Notes: generated from the letters alone by a model not told the origin. Shown: positions 37,253-51,635, numbered from the stretch's first letter. The stretch: 64,000 nt of DNA from Octopus vulgaris (GCA_951406725.2 OX597826.1:77438001-77502000), one strand, 5' to 3'. Program-made: numbers and translations.

Positions 37253-37481
37253 TTAACCCCTTTAGCATTTAAGCCGGCCATATCCAGCCAAAGTATTCTA
37301 CCCGTTTTACCTTCAAACTAATCAGATCTGGCCTTTTACACCTCCCCTACAGTGTCATTTTAAAAATAAGCAATCACGTCATCAAAATCTCAAAGCTATG
37401 AAATAATGAATGATTAATTCAAAATGACATGAATACTCAAGCGTTTCATTTGACAGAGCAATCTGAACGCTAATGGGTTGA
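37253..37481. mobile_element. piggyBac-like MITE
   Basis: TTAA-CCCCTTTAGCATTTA ... TGAACGCTAATGGG-TTGA (degenerate TIRs and TTAA site). Confidence 0.65.
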
Positions 37482-37599
37482 GGGTTTATCAAATGACCCA
37501 GGATCAAGATGTGTGCAGGAAATGTGTTGTATTTACAGACCCAGCCAACCCAGACAGATTAATGAGAGTACAAAAAAAAATAAAAAGGATGTTGATATG

Positions 37600-38320
37600 A
37601 AGGAAGATGACAACGGATATGATGGTGAGGGTGATTAAAAACAACAATGATGATGATGGTGGTGGTGGTGATGGTGATGATGATGATGGTGAGGATGATG
37701 GTGTGGACTAACTTCTTGAATTCTTAAATGATGTTTATAATGACCGTTGTTAATGTTAATATTTCTACTTTTAATGTTTAGATGATGGTGGAGATGAATG
37801 TGTTGGTTATAGTGGTGGTAGTTGTGGTATTATTAATGGTGGCAGTGGTAGTTGTGATGATAGTTTTAATGCTCTGGTGGTAGTAATAGTAGCTATACTG
37901 AAGGTGGTTGTTTGTGGTGATGGTTGGGTGAGGGTAGTGGTATGGTAGAACTAGTAGTGGTGCTGCTGCTGCAGGTAATTGTAGTGGGAGGGTGTAGGAG
38001 TGGTAGTGAGGGTGTTGATGATGATGATACTGTTGATATTAATGGTGAAAAGGATATTGTTGTTGAAGTAGTTTCGTTGATGGTGGTGGTAGTAGTAGTG
38101 GTGGTGATATACTATTATTATTGATGATGATGTTGACATTGTTTTGATGTTTGTTGGTTGTATTGGTTTTGTTGTTGGTTATTGATGTGTTGCTGATGTT
38201 GTGATGATGATGATGCTGCGCTGTTGATAATGGTGCCTTGACGTCATGTTGCTGATGTGTTGATGTGTGAAGATTATGTCGGTGGTGTTGTTGTTGTTGT
38301 TGTGTAGATGGTGAGTTGAT
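37600..38320. repeat. (GGT/GAT/GTT)n low-complexity tract
   Basis: Directly visible. Confidence 0.85.
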
Positions 38321-39507
38321 GGCAGTGTGATAAGATGACCTATGACAACAAGTAACCTGTATTGTCCATAGTAATAATAGTTAAACTAGATCACAGATTC
38401 GCTGAGAGCATTTTCAATAGGAGATTAATGTGACTCCCCCATAAAATTCTCATGGGTGAGCTGTACACATTAGTGACCCAATAAAAGTATTATGTGATCC
38501 TGTACATTAATTAAATCAACTGAAACAAAAATTACAGACTACATACAAATATAAACAACCAAATTAAGAAACACTTACAAAACTGGTGTTTCTAATAACA
38601 CTTGAAAAAAGGGGTCTCGAATAACATTGTAGCCCTCTAAATTGTAGTGTCTAATCGACTAAAATTCAGCATCTAACAACACTTTAAAACATGGCATTAA
38701 ATAGGGTTCTTATCCATCTAACATGGAGTGCCTAAAATAAATAAAATCCTGCATAAAGCATCTCTTTAAAATGGTGCATGGAACAACATGGTGCAAGAAA
38801 GGGGCAGCATAAAAACAGTGTGGTGCCACTCCAAACTAGAGTGTCAATGCTGCCTCACAGTAAACAAGAATGTCAAATTATGTGACATTTTGATTTGGTG
38901 CCGATTAATACAATAACATGATCAAAAACAGAATAACAGATAAGACCGTAAATCTCCTAAAATGAAGGATCAAACAACATTGTAACTCTCTAAAATGAAG
39001 TACCAGATAGTGCCATAACATGTGAAACAGAATTAAAAGCAATGGAAAACTCTAAAGCCTTTTACTAAAATAGCCTTATAAGCGTCTTGTAAAAGAGTAG
39101 CAGACAACATTGTGAAGTCCTGCATGTTATAGCGTGTAACAAAATTCTTGTAGATTGTAATTCATAGAACGGTAACAGAATGTGCACACTGAGAGCATCT
39201 TGGGAGAGACGCAGTCATGCAAGACGGATGTTATTTTATATGGTGGAGCCAGGGACAACAACTTCACAGAAGAGCGAATTGGAATGTTGCTCACTATGTT
39301 AAGATGGAGGATAGTGTGTTGTTTATATACAGACGTGTTTATTAAGACATGGAATACTAATTAATACAACACTGTACAACTGAAGCTTTTATAACATTGT
39401 TTGATATCTTAAATGGAGTGTATACTGACATTCGTTAACACTTTTAGTGGAGTGCCTACACTATACAACTAGATATCTCACAACATCAATAAATTAATAT
39501 TTATATA

Positions 39508-39685
39508 TAAGGGGAGAATTCACAAAAAAAAAACAAAAGACAAAGTCAGGTGGTGTAGACAACAAACAGATGTATTAGTATAACGCTCAGGAAGTGAAAA
39601 AGTCTTTAACGTCTCAAGCCTACGTGCTACCACAGAAAGGAACAGGGAGAGAAAATAATGTGTTGTGGCTAGCGATCTATCATGG

Positions 39686-39690
<5 letters not shown>
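39508..39690 (-). mobile_element. Short element in (TA)n with decayed hammerhead (relative of the 15478 motif)
   Basis: 39604-39639 reverse: CTTT-CTGTGGT-A-GCAC-GTAG-GCTT-GAGA-CGT-T-AAAG, followed by ACTTT as at 15514. Confidence 0.55.
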
Positions 39691-39722
<32 letters not shown>

Positions 39723-39878
39723 AAACAGCTTGATTCAGACCCCTAGGTACTCCAGTGGTTGAATACTAGCCACACATTTGAAACTCAGAGTACCAACAAG
39801 TCTGAATCAAACTGTTTTGACCGACACATGTAACTCCCAATAAATGTGCTGAGTGCCCTGCTTTCATTTTGTCTACTC

Positions 39879-39921
<43 letters not shown>

Positions 39922-40691
39922 TTAGTGTATATATATTTATTTATACATATACATTAGTGTAGATATTTTTATTTATACATATACATTAGTGTATATATAT
40001 ATATATATATATACATTAGAGTATATATATACTTATTTATATATATTAGTATATATATATATATATATATATTTACATTAGCGCATATGTGTGTGTGTGT
40101 GTGTATATAATGTCAAACAAGAATTTGATTGACAGTGACATCAAAGTTTCGACCAGTTAAGCCATCATCAGATTGCAATGCATTGAAGTTGATCTAGGCT
40201 TCATCATTCAATATACATATATATATATATAGATATATATATATATATATAAACACCCACACACACATGCACACAATGTTAAGCTGCCAATCACATGTGT
40301 CAATATATAATCACAATGTAAAATGAAATTACCTCCAATGGGCAAATCCCTAAAAGTAAATTTATAAACACAACAACACTTTATATGTATAAAGTCTAGC
40401 AACCAAAAGTTATTTAAGACTGTTAAATAATTCAGAATGAAGTTCTGAGTCAGGCTGTGCAACACTTGAAATGGAGTGTTAAATCCTACCCTTTAAAGAC
40501 TAAAGAATTGTCTCACAATTTCATTTGCTTCATAAAACTGTTGAACAATTAAAATGGAGTGCTGGATTACACTGCTTTGACACTGCAAGTTAAGAGTCGA
40601 TCACTACTTTTCTAAACACTTTAAAAAGGTGCACTTACAGCACTAAATTATTAGACATATTTAACAGCAGCACTGTTAAACAACCTAAATA

Positions 40692-40924
40692 TATTTCTTT
40701 ATTGCCCACAAGGAACTAAACACAGAGAGGACAAACAAGGTCAGACAAAGGGACTGAGTCGATTATATCGACCCCAGTGCGAAACTGGTACTTAATTTAT
40801 CGACCCCGAAAGGATGAAAGGCAAAGTCGACCTCGGTAGAATTTGAACTCAGAACGTAACGACTGACGAAATACTGCTAAGCATTTCACCTGGCACGCTA
40901 ACGAGTCTGCCAGCTCGCCACCTT
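40692..40924 (-). mobile_element. Full-length Nin-domain SINE with CpG decay
   Basis: Match to 10937-11167 with several CG>TG/CA changes. Confidence 0.9.
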
Positions 40925-41994
40925 AACTAAATAGTCTAATGACACTTTGCTTTCACACATTAAACACAAAATAGCAAAACACCAAATTGACACTATTATC
41001 ACAAGAGTGATGTTCATTCTTAAATAAACCACAATATTTCAAATCTTCAAAGGGAATGAGAAATACTACATTTTTAATGCTGCAAAAAGTTTAGTCTAGT
41101 GAGATGAATTTCATTCGAATTTAATTTAATTTAATTAAATCAATTTAATGCAGTAAATTGTAATTAAAAGAATGTTGTTGAATGCTTTAAATGGAGTGTT
41201 GAGATACATTTTTAAACACCTGCAATGGAGTGTTAAATAATATTTGAGAAGGTCTTTCAATAACTTTGACAACAAAGTATATCTCAATAACTGTGATAAC
41301 ATTAAAAGAGATGAACAAAGAGATGTACAAAAGGCTCCTAAAATTGAGTTGTTTTTTTTACCCCCAAAAAAACTGTGACAATTCAAAACAGAAAAACCAA
41401 AGGTCAAACCACATTTGACTCTGTCACCAAATCAAATAACTTTACTACCTCAGCACTAAAAGACTTGCAGACAGTGAAAATAAATCTCTCACACACACAC
41501 ACACACACACACACACAATGTATTTATCACCCAGAGATCCACACAAGCTACAACAGAAAATCTGAAGCAAACTACACACAACATGTTAACACTTGCATCT
41601 TATAAAACAGATATGGAGTGGAAATAATTTCCACATTTCATCGACACCACGTGGATTGCGGAGACGATAAAATTATCTTGATGATGATAGAATTATCTAA
41701 ATGGCTGGTGATGATGATAGAATTATCTGGGTGGTTGGTGGCGCTAGAATTATCAGCATAATGGTGTGAAAGTTGAGAATATTTTTATGTCAGCACATCA
41801 TGATGAAAATAAAGCCTTGCAACTGTTTTGTCTCTGCACAGGGAATTAACGAAACAGTTGTCAGGGTTTACTGTGATTCCAAAGTTTACAGCAATGAAGA
41901 ATTCTCAGTTTGGTAGAGTGAGCCATTAGGAATTAAATTCAGGCATGGTAATGTGAGCGACAATTTGAAACCCCAAGAATTTTCTGCAATCAAT

Positions 41995-42219
41995 CTTTTT
42001 ATCTTTTATTTCTTTCGTAGACTGTGGCCCATGCTGGGGCACCGTTTTGAATTTTTGTTGAATGAATTGACCCCAGTACTTATGATTTTTAGGCCTGACA
42101 CATTGTATCAGTCTCTTTTGCCAAACTGCTAAGTTATGGGGACAGTAACCTATCACCACCAGTTGTCAAGTGGTAGAGGAGGACAGACATCCACATGCGT
42201 GTTTGTGTGTGTGTGTATG

Positions 42220-42259
<40 letters not shown>

Positions 42260-42445
42260 CATACACACATTCTAATGGGCTTCTTTCAGTTTCCACAACC
42301 AAATTCGCTCACAAGGTTTTGGTCAGCTGAACCCAAGGCTATAGCAGAAGACACTTGCCCAAGATGCCAAGATGCCGTACAGTGAGACTGAACCTGAAAC
42401 TATGTGGTTGGGAAGCAAACTTCTTACTGCACAACCACATATCTG
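41995..42445 (-). mobile_element. CORE-like tRNA-SINE, CpG-decayed
   Basis: Match to 757-1520. Confidence 0.8.
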
Positions 42446-42789
42446 CCTGTTGTTGTTGTTGTTGCTTCTGTAGTCAACTCAGTTATGGTTACATTTGTTG
42501 TTCCTTGAAATTCTTCAATTATCTCATCATGTTCCATTTTATTGTTCCTGCTGTTACCGTTGTTTTCTCTCTCTCGTCCTTCTCAGTTATTACATTTCTT
42601 ACTTGAGGCTTCTTTCCTTTTTTCTTTTACCTTTTGTCTTGTTTCTTCTGAAACTATTTGGTCAATATTTTATTGTGTGGCACCTTATTGTCCAGTTTTA
42701 TATTCCTCTGTACAATATTATTTATTATGATGAGGAAAACATGACGGTATATTTAGTTTGTATTTCTATTTTTACTACCATCGTCCTAT

Positions 42790-43031
42790 GTCTCCACAGG
42801 AAGCACCAACCAATCGTGGCTGTAGCCAGCCTCGCCTGGCACCTGCACCGGTGGCACGTAATTAGCACCCACTACACTCATGGAGTGGTTGGTGTTAGGA
42901 AGGGCATCCAGCTGTAGAAACACTTCCAGATCAGACTGGAGCCTGGTGCAGCCTTCTGGCTTCCCAGACCCCAGACGAACTGTCCAACCCATGCTAGCAT
43001 GGAAAACAGACGTTAAACGATGATGATGATG
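42790..43031 (+). mobile_element. 3' end of a retroposon terminating in (GAT)n (RTE-type tail, inferred)
   Basis: GGTGTTAGGAAGGGCATCCAGCTGTAGAAAC..ACCCATGCTAGCATGGAAAACAGACGTTAAACGATGATGATG; related fragments at 45828, 47830(-), 48865(-) and 52310. Confidence 0.7.
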
Positions 43032-43664
43032 AAAATGTCATCATACCTTCACTGAACATGTGGAGGTACATTCTTTTTCTGTTTAACCTCTTGCTCTCAT
43101 CTTCCCTGGAATATTAAAATGACAGTGATGAAACTACGGACCTTTACTGAAGATAACCTGGTGCAGGTTCACCTTCTGTCCTTCCTCTTTTACAGACTGG
43201 AATATATTGCCAAAGATCAAATGGTTGTAATGTGTCTTTACCAAAGAACACACAGCAGGTTCACATTCTGGTCATTCCTCTTGCTGACATCTTCCATGTT
43301 TCACAGATATTCATTGTGATTCCTTACTTTGTTAAAGGAAGAAAATGCTGTGAAGTCACTCATTTCCAGGATCCTGATGTTATTTTGGTCCTGAAGGAAA
43401 GAAATTTACTTCTTACTCACAAGGTCCAGTGTTCAAGTCTACTGTACAGCACCTTGGACAAGTGTCTTTATCAGGTCTTGTAAGTGAAATTCAATTGACA
43501 GGAACTGTGTGGTGGAAGCACATCGGATGGACTGTTGTCTGTGATTTGAAGACCCACTTTGTTACTCATTAAGTTGCACTCTGATTCTATCTGAGGATAC
43601 ACAGTATCTGTGGAATATTCAGCCACATTCCTATTCCTGAAGCCAGATAATAAATATATAACAG

Positions 43665-44850
43665 GAATAATAATAATAATAATTCTTTCAACTGGAAGCA
43701 CAAGGCCTCACATTTGGAAGAAGGGATTAAGTCAATTACATCGACCCCAGTGTGTAACTGGTATTTATTTGACCCCAAAAGGATGAAAGATAAAGTCAAC
43801 CTTGGCAGAAATAATAATTCTTTCTACCATAGGTATAAGACCTGAAATTTAAGGGGATGGGGTAGTTGATTTCATCAACTCCAGCACTCAACTGGCACTT
43901 AATTTATTAACCCTAAAAGGACAAAAGGCAAAGTTAACCTCAGTGGAATTTGAACTCAGAACATAGCTTCAGGCAAAATACTGCTAAGCATGCTAACAAT
44001 AATAATAATAATAATAATAATCCTTTCTACTACAGGCACAAGACCTGAAATTTGAGTGGGGAGCTAGTTGATTCCATTAACTGATGCTTATTTTATCGAA
44101 ACCCAGAAGGATGAAAGGCAAAGTTGAACTTGGTAGAATTTGAACTCGGAATATAGCAACGGGCAAAATACTGCTAAGCATTTCATCCAGTATGATAATA
44201 ATAATTTATGCATTCAACATGAGGAGGCCATAGACATTTCAATGAGGAACATAGGTTTTTGAACTGACTCTGAAAAATATTACTGGTACTTACTCGGTCA
44301 TCCTTTGATGGTTGAAATACTCATTTAGCACTCCACTGCAGAATTTCAACCTTTAATACTGAAGTGTGATATTATCTCTGCCCCTCTGGAACTCCTACCA
44401 TTTAGTCAATCGCTCTAGTATATCTATTTCTTTGCTACCCACAAGGGGCTACACACAGAGAGGACAAACAAGGACAGACAAACGGATTAAGTCGATTACA
44501 TCGACCCCAGTGTGTAACTGGTACTTAATTTATCGACCCCGAAAGGATGAAAGGCAAAGTCTACCTCAGTGGAATTTGAACTCAGAACATAATGGCAGAT
44601 GAAATACAGCTACGCATTTCACCTGGCATGCTAACGTTTCTGCCAGCTCGACGCCTTTATATCTACCACATGACCTGCCTTGGTAATAATGATATTGGTT
44701 TCAAATTTTGGCACAAGACCAGCAAGGTCAAGGGAGGGCTAAGTCAGTTACATCAACCCCAGTGTTCAACTGGTCCTTATTTTATTGACCCTGAAAAGAT
44801 GAAAAGTAAAGTCAACCTCAACGGAATTTGAACTCAGAACGTAAAGACAG
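43665..44850 (-). mobile_element. Cluster of at least five co-oriented Nin-domain SINE copies separated by (TAA)n
   Basis: Repeated GTCGATTACATCGACCCCAGT..AAAGGATGAAAGGCAAAG..GAATTTGAACTCAGAAC-like blocks. Confidence 0.85.
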
Positions 44851-46095
44851 AGGATTTTGACTCCTGCAGTAACACTGGAATAATCTTTAATGATTTCTAA
44901 CCTATCCACAAAGCCATTGATTGGTTGAGGAAATCTTTGTCAATATTTGACTGGCATTTTACTTTGTTAATAAATAACTGGCACATACAATGGAAGCTAC
45001 ATAAAATCAGGGAGGATGTTTTTATCAATTGCTTATTGTTATCAAAAAATTGTGCATCACAAATACCTTATTGATTAATGTTATTGTTATCAAAAAGGGT
45101 ACCCCCCAAAAGGGATCACAAGCTTCTAATCTATACCCTTTTCATATGAAACATAAGACCCAGTTAAATTGATTTGTATTTTGGCAAATAACCCTTCATA
45201 CATATTATAACAATCTTCAACAAGGAGACTGTGCCCAACCTGGAGCACTAATACAAAACCAAGGGGTTTTTAACTATACAGTTGTTATTGTATAGTGCAG
45301 TGACTATTGTTGGCCTTGCTGTTGGTGGTTTTCATATTTTTGTTTTTCTGTTACAGTTCCTTCTGTAGCCATTTGTAATGGAATAAAAGAAATAAAGAAC
45401 ACACACTCGCACAGAGTTGTGTACAGTTATATGTAACGCATTCATGTAGACTCAAGCATGGGAAGTCCTTCGCAGCACTAATTGTCTCAGGAGAGAAATC
45501 TCGTTTATAGTCACTGGTCTATGAATGATGTCATTGGACCATATTTCTTCTGAGGAATATAATCCAATGGGAAGATAGACACACGTATGCACACACACAC
45601 ACATTCCTTTTCTGAGAAGATGCTTTATGAGAAGAACCATGAAGTAATGCCATCATTCATACTTCACTATTGCCTTTAATAAGAATTTCTCTTCTGTTTG
45701 AATGTACACTAATGTGTTAAACATCAATGTACTATCATACACACTTATATTTCAATCAACACTGCCTTTATTTATATATATGTATATATATATATGTGTA
45801 TATATATATATATCATCATCATCATTTAGCATGGAAAACGGACGCTAAATGATGATGATGATGATGATGATGTGTGTGTGTATATATATGCTTTAATTTT
45901 GATTAAATTCAATCCTTGGTTTGTCACTGTGATGCAGCAATACTTTCAAGCTTTATTCAAAGAAATCAACAGTTGTTAAGTCTGGTACTCGGCCTATTGG
46001 TCTCTTTCATCAAACTGTTAAGTTATGGGAGATGTCAACAAACCAACACCGGTGGTCAAACTGTTGGGAGGGAACACATAGATGCTTACATATAA

Positions 46096-46156
<61 letters not shown>

Positions 46157-46792
46157 AACACACAGCAGGCTTCTACACATTTTCCCTCAACCAAGTTCAC
46201 TTCCAAGGCATTGGTTGACCCAGGGCTATATAGCAGAAGACACTTTGCCATGGGAGAAAATTACTCTTGGTGGTTACTTAGTTTCTGCTTTTGGTTCCAT
46301 ACTGGTTTACCAATTTCAAACTATTGCAGTGTGGAACATGAGTCATCCAAGAGTTTGTCAGTAAAACATTTGACATGCAGATCTGTCTCTTCCATCTTAT
46401 TTCTTGGCTTCTCTTTTTCAATTGTAAATCCAGACTTGAACTTCTGCGATCTATAAAACAAATGATAGATATTCCATAGCTGCAATCTGGAGTATGATGG
46501 TGAACTGTAGCTCCATAGTTTCCTCACACATTCAAGTCCAAGGAAGGCATAAGACAGGTAGGAGCAGTGTGATGCTCTGCTTTCCTGGATGGCTTCTGTT
46601 CAAGTATTATTGGTCTTTGGGTGGTGGAGTCTTCATCTTGCCATACTAGAGTTCTGTTATTATCAACATAATGGTTCATAAAAAAAAAAGCACAGTGTTA
46701 AGAAAGAACTGAGCACAGAATGTGGTCATATACAATAGTGAGTGAGGTCACAATGTAATACATACATTATATATATATATATATATACACAT

Positions 46793-46975
46793 AATTAATT
46801 ATTTGAGGGAATATTATTCCTAACTTACAGGGAAAAATTCAATTTAGAAATACTAAATCAAATTTCACAAAATATAATATATATATAAATTAGAAAAAAA
46901 CCACCTTTTATCAATTCAAAATGAACAATTAAATTACACCATCTAAAAAATTACATATCCTTTCTAGATGGTATA
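46793..46975. mobile_element. Second copy of the 16819 AT-rich element, with a short fold-back end
   Basis: ATTATTTGAGGGAATATTATTCCTAACTTACAGGGAAAA..ACCATCTAAAAA..TTTCTAGATGGT. Confidence 0.8.
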
Positions 46976-47344
46976 GGAATATCCTTCAAAGATGAATTCC
47001 AAAAGAGTGAATTTATTTTACCTATATATATACATATATATTTATATAAGCGTCTTACTAGTGGAACATTGTAAAAATTGAAAGCACTTAATTTTTCTGG
47101 CAGAGTTAAGTGCTCTTTAAACAACACTTAATATATATATACAATACGCTACTTAAGTTTCATGGCTAACTAGCTATCAGCTCTCCATCTAAATTGCAAC
47201 ACGGAATTTAGAATGCTGAAACATCTAATCATTTATGAAACTTGAAGAGTAACATTGCACATCTTAAGTGTTGCATGAAGATTACACTTACCTTTTTCTT
47301 ATTTTCTATCATATATATATATAAACTTAAAAATGAGTTAAAAC

Positions 47345-47580
47345 TTAGATATGTTTCAACCAAAGATTGGTCCAGGCCATGTCTAACTTAATAGCACCAC
47401 CTGATAGGATTATCTAAATCCTTTTTAAGTTAAGTTTTGTGGTATTATGGTCCATTTAAGTAGTGAGTTTTTGGCAAGTGAGTTGTATCCATGTATATGT
47501 GGCTTGTCCGGTATTCCTTGAAGAAATTTATCCAGACTCCGTTTAAAGGTGATGGGATTCTTTTCCTCTTTCATCAATTT
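47345..47580 (-). mobile_element. 3' end of a related CR1/L2-group LINE
   Basis: FKRSLDKFLQGIPDKPHIHGYNSLAKNSLLKW, then tail CATGGCCTGGACCAATCTTTGGTTGAAAC. Confidence 0.7.
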
Positions 47581-48086
47581 TATATATATATATATATATA
47601 CGCATTCCTGTATGAGCATGTGTATATGTATGTATGTAAAATATACAATGTATATATTTATCTATATAAATACATTTATACATAAATATTCCTATACAAA
47701 CATGATATCTGTGTGTAGGTACATTATATATACTATACAAACATGTTTCTCTCTCTATATATTTCTATATATACATGTCCCTTATGATGTGTGTATGCAT
47801 ATGTATATATAATATACCTACACACAGATATCATTTTAACGTCCAATTTTCCATGTTTCTATGGGCTGGACGGAGTTTATTGAGGCATATTTTCTACAAC
47901 CAAATGCCCTTCCTCTCACTGACTCTCACCTGATTCCAAGCAAAGTACCAGTTCCCATTCAGATATATTTTCATGGAATATTGAAAATTAATGTCACAAC
48001 ACTTATGACTGTGACCTGCATTTGCAGCTATCATATGGTCTATACAAGGTGACACAAATATACATTGTATATATGTACATAGGTAT

Positions 48087-48124
<38 letters not shown>

Positions 48125-48154
48125 AACACACACACACTATATATATATAAAACA

Positions 48155-48475
48155 GGAGCACTCTGTCGGTTACGACGATGAGGGTTCTAGCTGATACAAT
48201 CAACGGAGCAGCTTGCTCATGAAATTAACGTGCAAGTGGCTGAGCACTCCACAGACACACGTACCCTTAACATAGTTCTTGGGGAGATTCACCGTGACAC
48301 AGAGTGTGACAAGGCTGGCCCTTTGAAATACAGGTATTACTTATTTTTGCCAGCCGAGTGCACTGGAGCAATGTGAAATAAAGTGTCTTGCTCAAGGACA
48401 TAATGTGTCGCTAGGAATCGAACTCACAATTTTACGATCATGAGCCGGATGCCCTAACCACTAAGCCACGAACCC
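48155..48475 (-). mobile_element. tRNA-derived SINE with Meta-like domain (different 3' tail from 20075)
   Basis: Reverse: GTGGCTTAGTGGTTAGGGCATCCGGCTCATGATCG..GAGTTCGATTCC..TGTCCTTGAGCAAGACACTTTATTTCACATTGCTCCAGTGCACTC. Confidence 0.8.
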
Positions 48476-48503
48476 TCCATATATATATATATATATATAT
48501 ATA

Positions 48504-48582
48504 TATTGATCTTGTTATGTCAAAATAGAATCATTATATATATATATATATATGATTCTATTTTGACATACCAAGATCAATA
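48504..48582. repeat. Palindrome with ~31-bp arms around (TA)n
   Basis: TATTGATCTTGTTATGTCAAAATAGAATCAT / ATGATTCTATTTTGACATACCAAGATCAATA (one mismatch). Confidence 0.9.
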
Positions 48583-50317
48583 ACTAGTTGTGGAGCTTTA
48601 TACTTATAATGCACAATATTCCTAAGTTCTGGTGGTGAGATGGTTTGAATTCACACAACATCAGCTCCAAACACTTATATGAAAAGGAAGATAAGTACAG
48701 ACTGTAATATTAAATAATAAATGAATGAGTTTAAAAGAGGAGTTACATCATCATTACATTCATGAGCTTACCACTATTTCAGTTACAAGGAACTGTGCAG
48801 CCAGGGTGTCAGTGTGACACCTTACAGCTTCATCAGAGCCTTATCATGAAGTATCATCAAAATTATCATCATAGTTTTAACATCTAAGTTTTCCATGCTT
48901 GCATGGGTCAGATTGAGTTCTTTCAGACAGATTTTCTATGGGTGCATGCCCTTCCTGGTGCCAACCCGCACCTGCTTCCAAACAGGGTATTATGTTCCTA
49001 TGGTGAGATATGTTCTCATGGAAGATTGGAAATGAATGACACCAACTATTACACGATATCAAAATTCAACACATTCACACACACAAACACAAAACAGAAC
49101 ACACACACATGTCCACATGCACTCACTCTAAATATTTGCACATATACACACATACATGCACAAAAATCCTGTCGATGTTGTTGAAATTCTAATAAGGGAA
49201 CCAAGTCTAGGTTAGAAAACAGCTCTTTTTCCATTGGCAAAAACAAAAAGAAAAACTGGAAATAAAATTAATTACATACATACATCCGACAGGCTTCTTT
49301 CAGTTTCTGTCCCCCAAATCCGACACGATTTTGGTTAGGCAGGAGCTACATTAAAAGAAACAGAGCCTGAAACCATGTGGTCGAAAACCAAACTTTTTAA
49401 TTCCATAGCCATGCCTGCACCTTTATTTCCGTATTTGAATTTTGGGACTGAGACTCACAAATGCATGTAGACAAACACACACACACACATTCTTTCACAT
49501 TCCATTTTACATGCTAGCATAGGTGGTTTCCACAAATTTGGACAATTAAATATGATTAAGAATCTGCTTTTTAGGTGTTTCTGTGACATGTCTAAATGGT
49601 TATTTATGAAGATATGATAAAACCTGTTATCTCAACACTGAAATACAGTCATGTCCATGTGACACAACTTTTTGCAATAAAGTATTCCGATCTGACCTTC
49701 ATTGATACAAGGTCACAATGATTTAAGGGTCACTCAAGTTCACCCCTTACCTGATACCTATTTTAACTGATTACAGGATTTGAACATAGAGTTTAAAGAA
49801 AGGGAAATGGTATTAATGGCAATAATAATTCTAATTTTAACAACGTTTTGAAGAGACAGGGGAGTTGATTACATCTTATCAACACCAAAAGATTGAATGT
49901 CTAAGTTGATCTTGGCAGAACTTGAACTCAGAACGTGAAGAGCTCGAATGATAGCAACAATAACAATTTCTTATGATCAGCACAAATTCTTCAAGTTCTT
50001 GGGAAGAAATCAGTTCTTAATATCCACATTGGAGAATCAAAACCCAAACCAGAAAAAACAATGATGGAGAAAAATGAGATTAACTCAAGAATGGCTGGAC
50101 CAACTTTATGTAGATGGCACTGTCAAGGAATTGAGGTTCCACATAGAAAATGGTTAAAATAGTTTGAAAAGTATCTGTATCATCATCATCATCATCATCA
50201 TCAACATACATTTTTATAATGTCTTCATATCTTATTGAAAGTTTTGATTAGCCTAGTTTGCACAAACACACAGACAATATTTATACATAATAGATTATGC
50301 ATTTATTTCAGTATGGA

Positions 50318-50349
<32 letters not shown>

Positions 50350-50513
50350 AACAGGAAGTATACAAAATCAAACACATACTCACTTGTACACACACACACA
50401 CACATATACATATATAAAATACACATAGAATAAGCATGTGTTGATTTGTGTTGCAATATACAAAGCAATATTAAAAATAACACAATACACACACATGTGT
50501 GAGTATGTATATG

Positions 50514-50549
<36 letters not shown>

Positions 50550-51221
50550 TTTCTTTTACTTACTTTCACTGGTGTTGATGCTACTCTATTTCAATAACTG
50601 CGATACATAATTTATATTATGTTATATATATTGATAAAGAAATATCACACATGCTTATGCACTCACAATAGACACACACAGATGTTTATATTTAGGACAA
50701 ACACACACATTTATGATATAAACGCAATATACACACCGACATATATATTTGAGACACACACTCACACATACATACAATAATATGTATGATATACACATAG
50801 ATATTTATGACACACACCCACATAATATTTATGATATTCACACACAATATTTGCATTATATACACACATATTATTACCTTTTTTCCTTTTCCTGTAGGCG
50901 CATAACCACAAACCCCTTCATTGGAATTTCTTTGCACACAACCACACTATCAAAAATAAATTCCTTTTTGCATTTTTAAAACACTTTTTGCCTTAATTGA
51001 ACTTCTGTTTGGTTCTTTAAATATTTTCTCCTTCCTTTTTCTTGATTCAAAAAATAGTGAAATCCTTTTGAAGAACAATTTTTTTAAACAATATTTTAGG
51101 AGTTTGGAAGAGTCCACCTCAAATCCTTTTAATATTTTAGAAAGAAAACAGAACTATTTTCCTCTATTGGTTCTTTGAAGTTTGGAATAGATGAACAGAA
51201 AGCATTTTCAAAAGAACTTCT

Positions 51222-51261
<40 letters not shown>

Positions 51262-51591
51262 TAATTTTTAACTTCAGAATTCAGTATTTATTTTGTTGGT
51301 CTTCATGCAGTAGAGGTTGGGGTTTTGTTGTAGCAATGGGAGATGTGAAAAATTGATATCTGGAAAACCTCACTTATAATTCATCCCAGATAAATAATTG
51401 AAGACCAGGTCTTCTGTATAAACTTGCAACACATACATGCACACACACACACACACATCTGATATATGTGTGTGCTTAACTATTAATAGTATTTATTATT
51501 TATATAAAAAAACAAAATTTGATTTTGCCAAATGCAACTTAGTTTCATTGGTGGCTTGGCACAGGAACTTAGCTCATCAGATTCAGGCAAC

Positions 51592-51635
<44 letters not shown>

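Larger units (their letters stand above)
38570..41620 (+). repeat. Highly degenerate dispersed array with core ATGGAGTG
   Basis: ATGGAGTG at 38723, 39413, 40471, 40554, 41191, 41225 and 41613, plus variants, often preceded by AACAC(T). Confidence 0.6.

Noticed and set aside
38308-38310. AG-ATG-GTGAGT possible 3-nt microexon
   Set aside because: It lies in a GT-rich low-complexity tract without a real pyrimidine tract, so a chance match is likely.
41670-41756. Short spaced repeats (GATAGAATTATC) superficially like a CRISPR array
   Set aside because: The spacers are similar to each other, there are only 3-4 units and the context is eukaryotic; it is a degenerate tandem repeat.
46260-46670. 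Possible Gypsy integrase relic on the minus strand
   Set aside because: Only vague motifs (HPG, FEIGKPVW) are visible; too decayed to support.
48795-48840. CTGATGA followed by a long hairpin on the minus strand
   Set aside because: There is no GAAA box or UH site, so it is not called a hammerhead.
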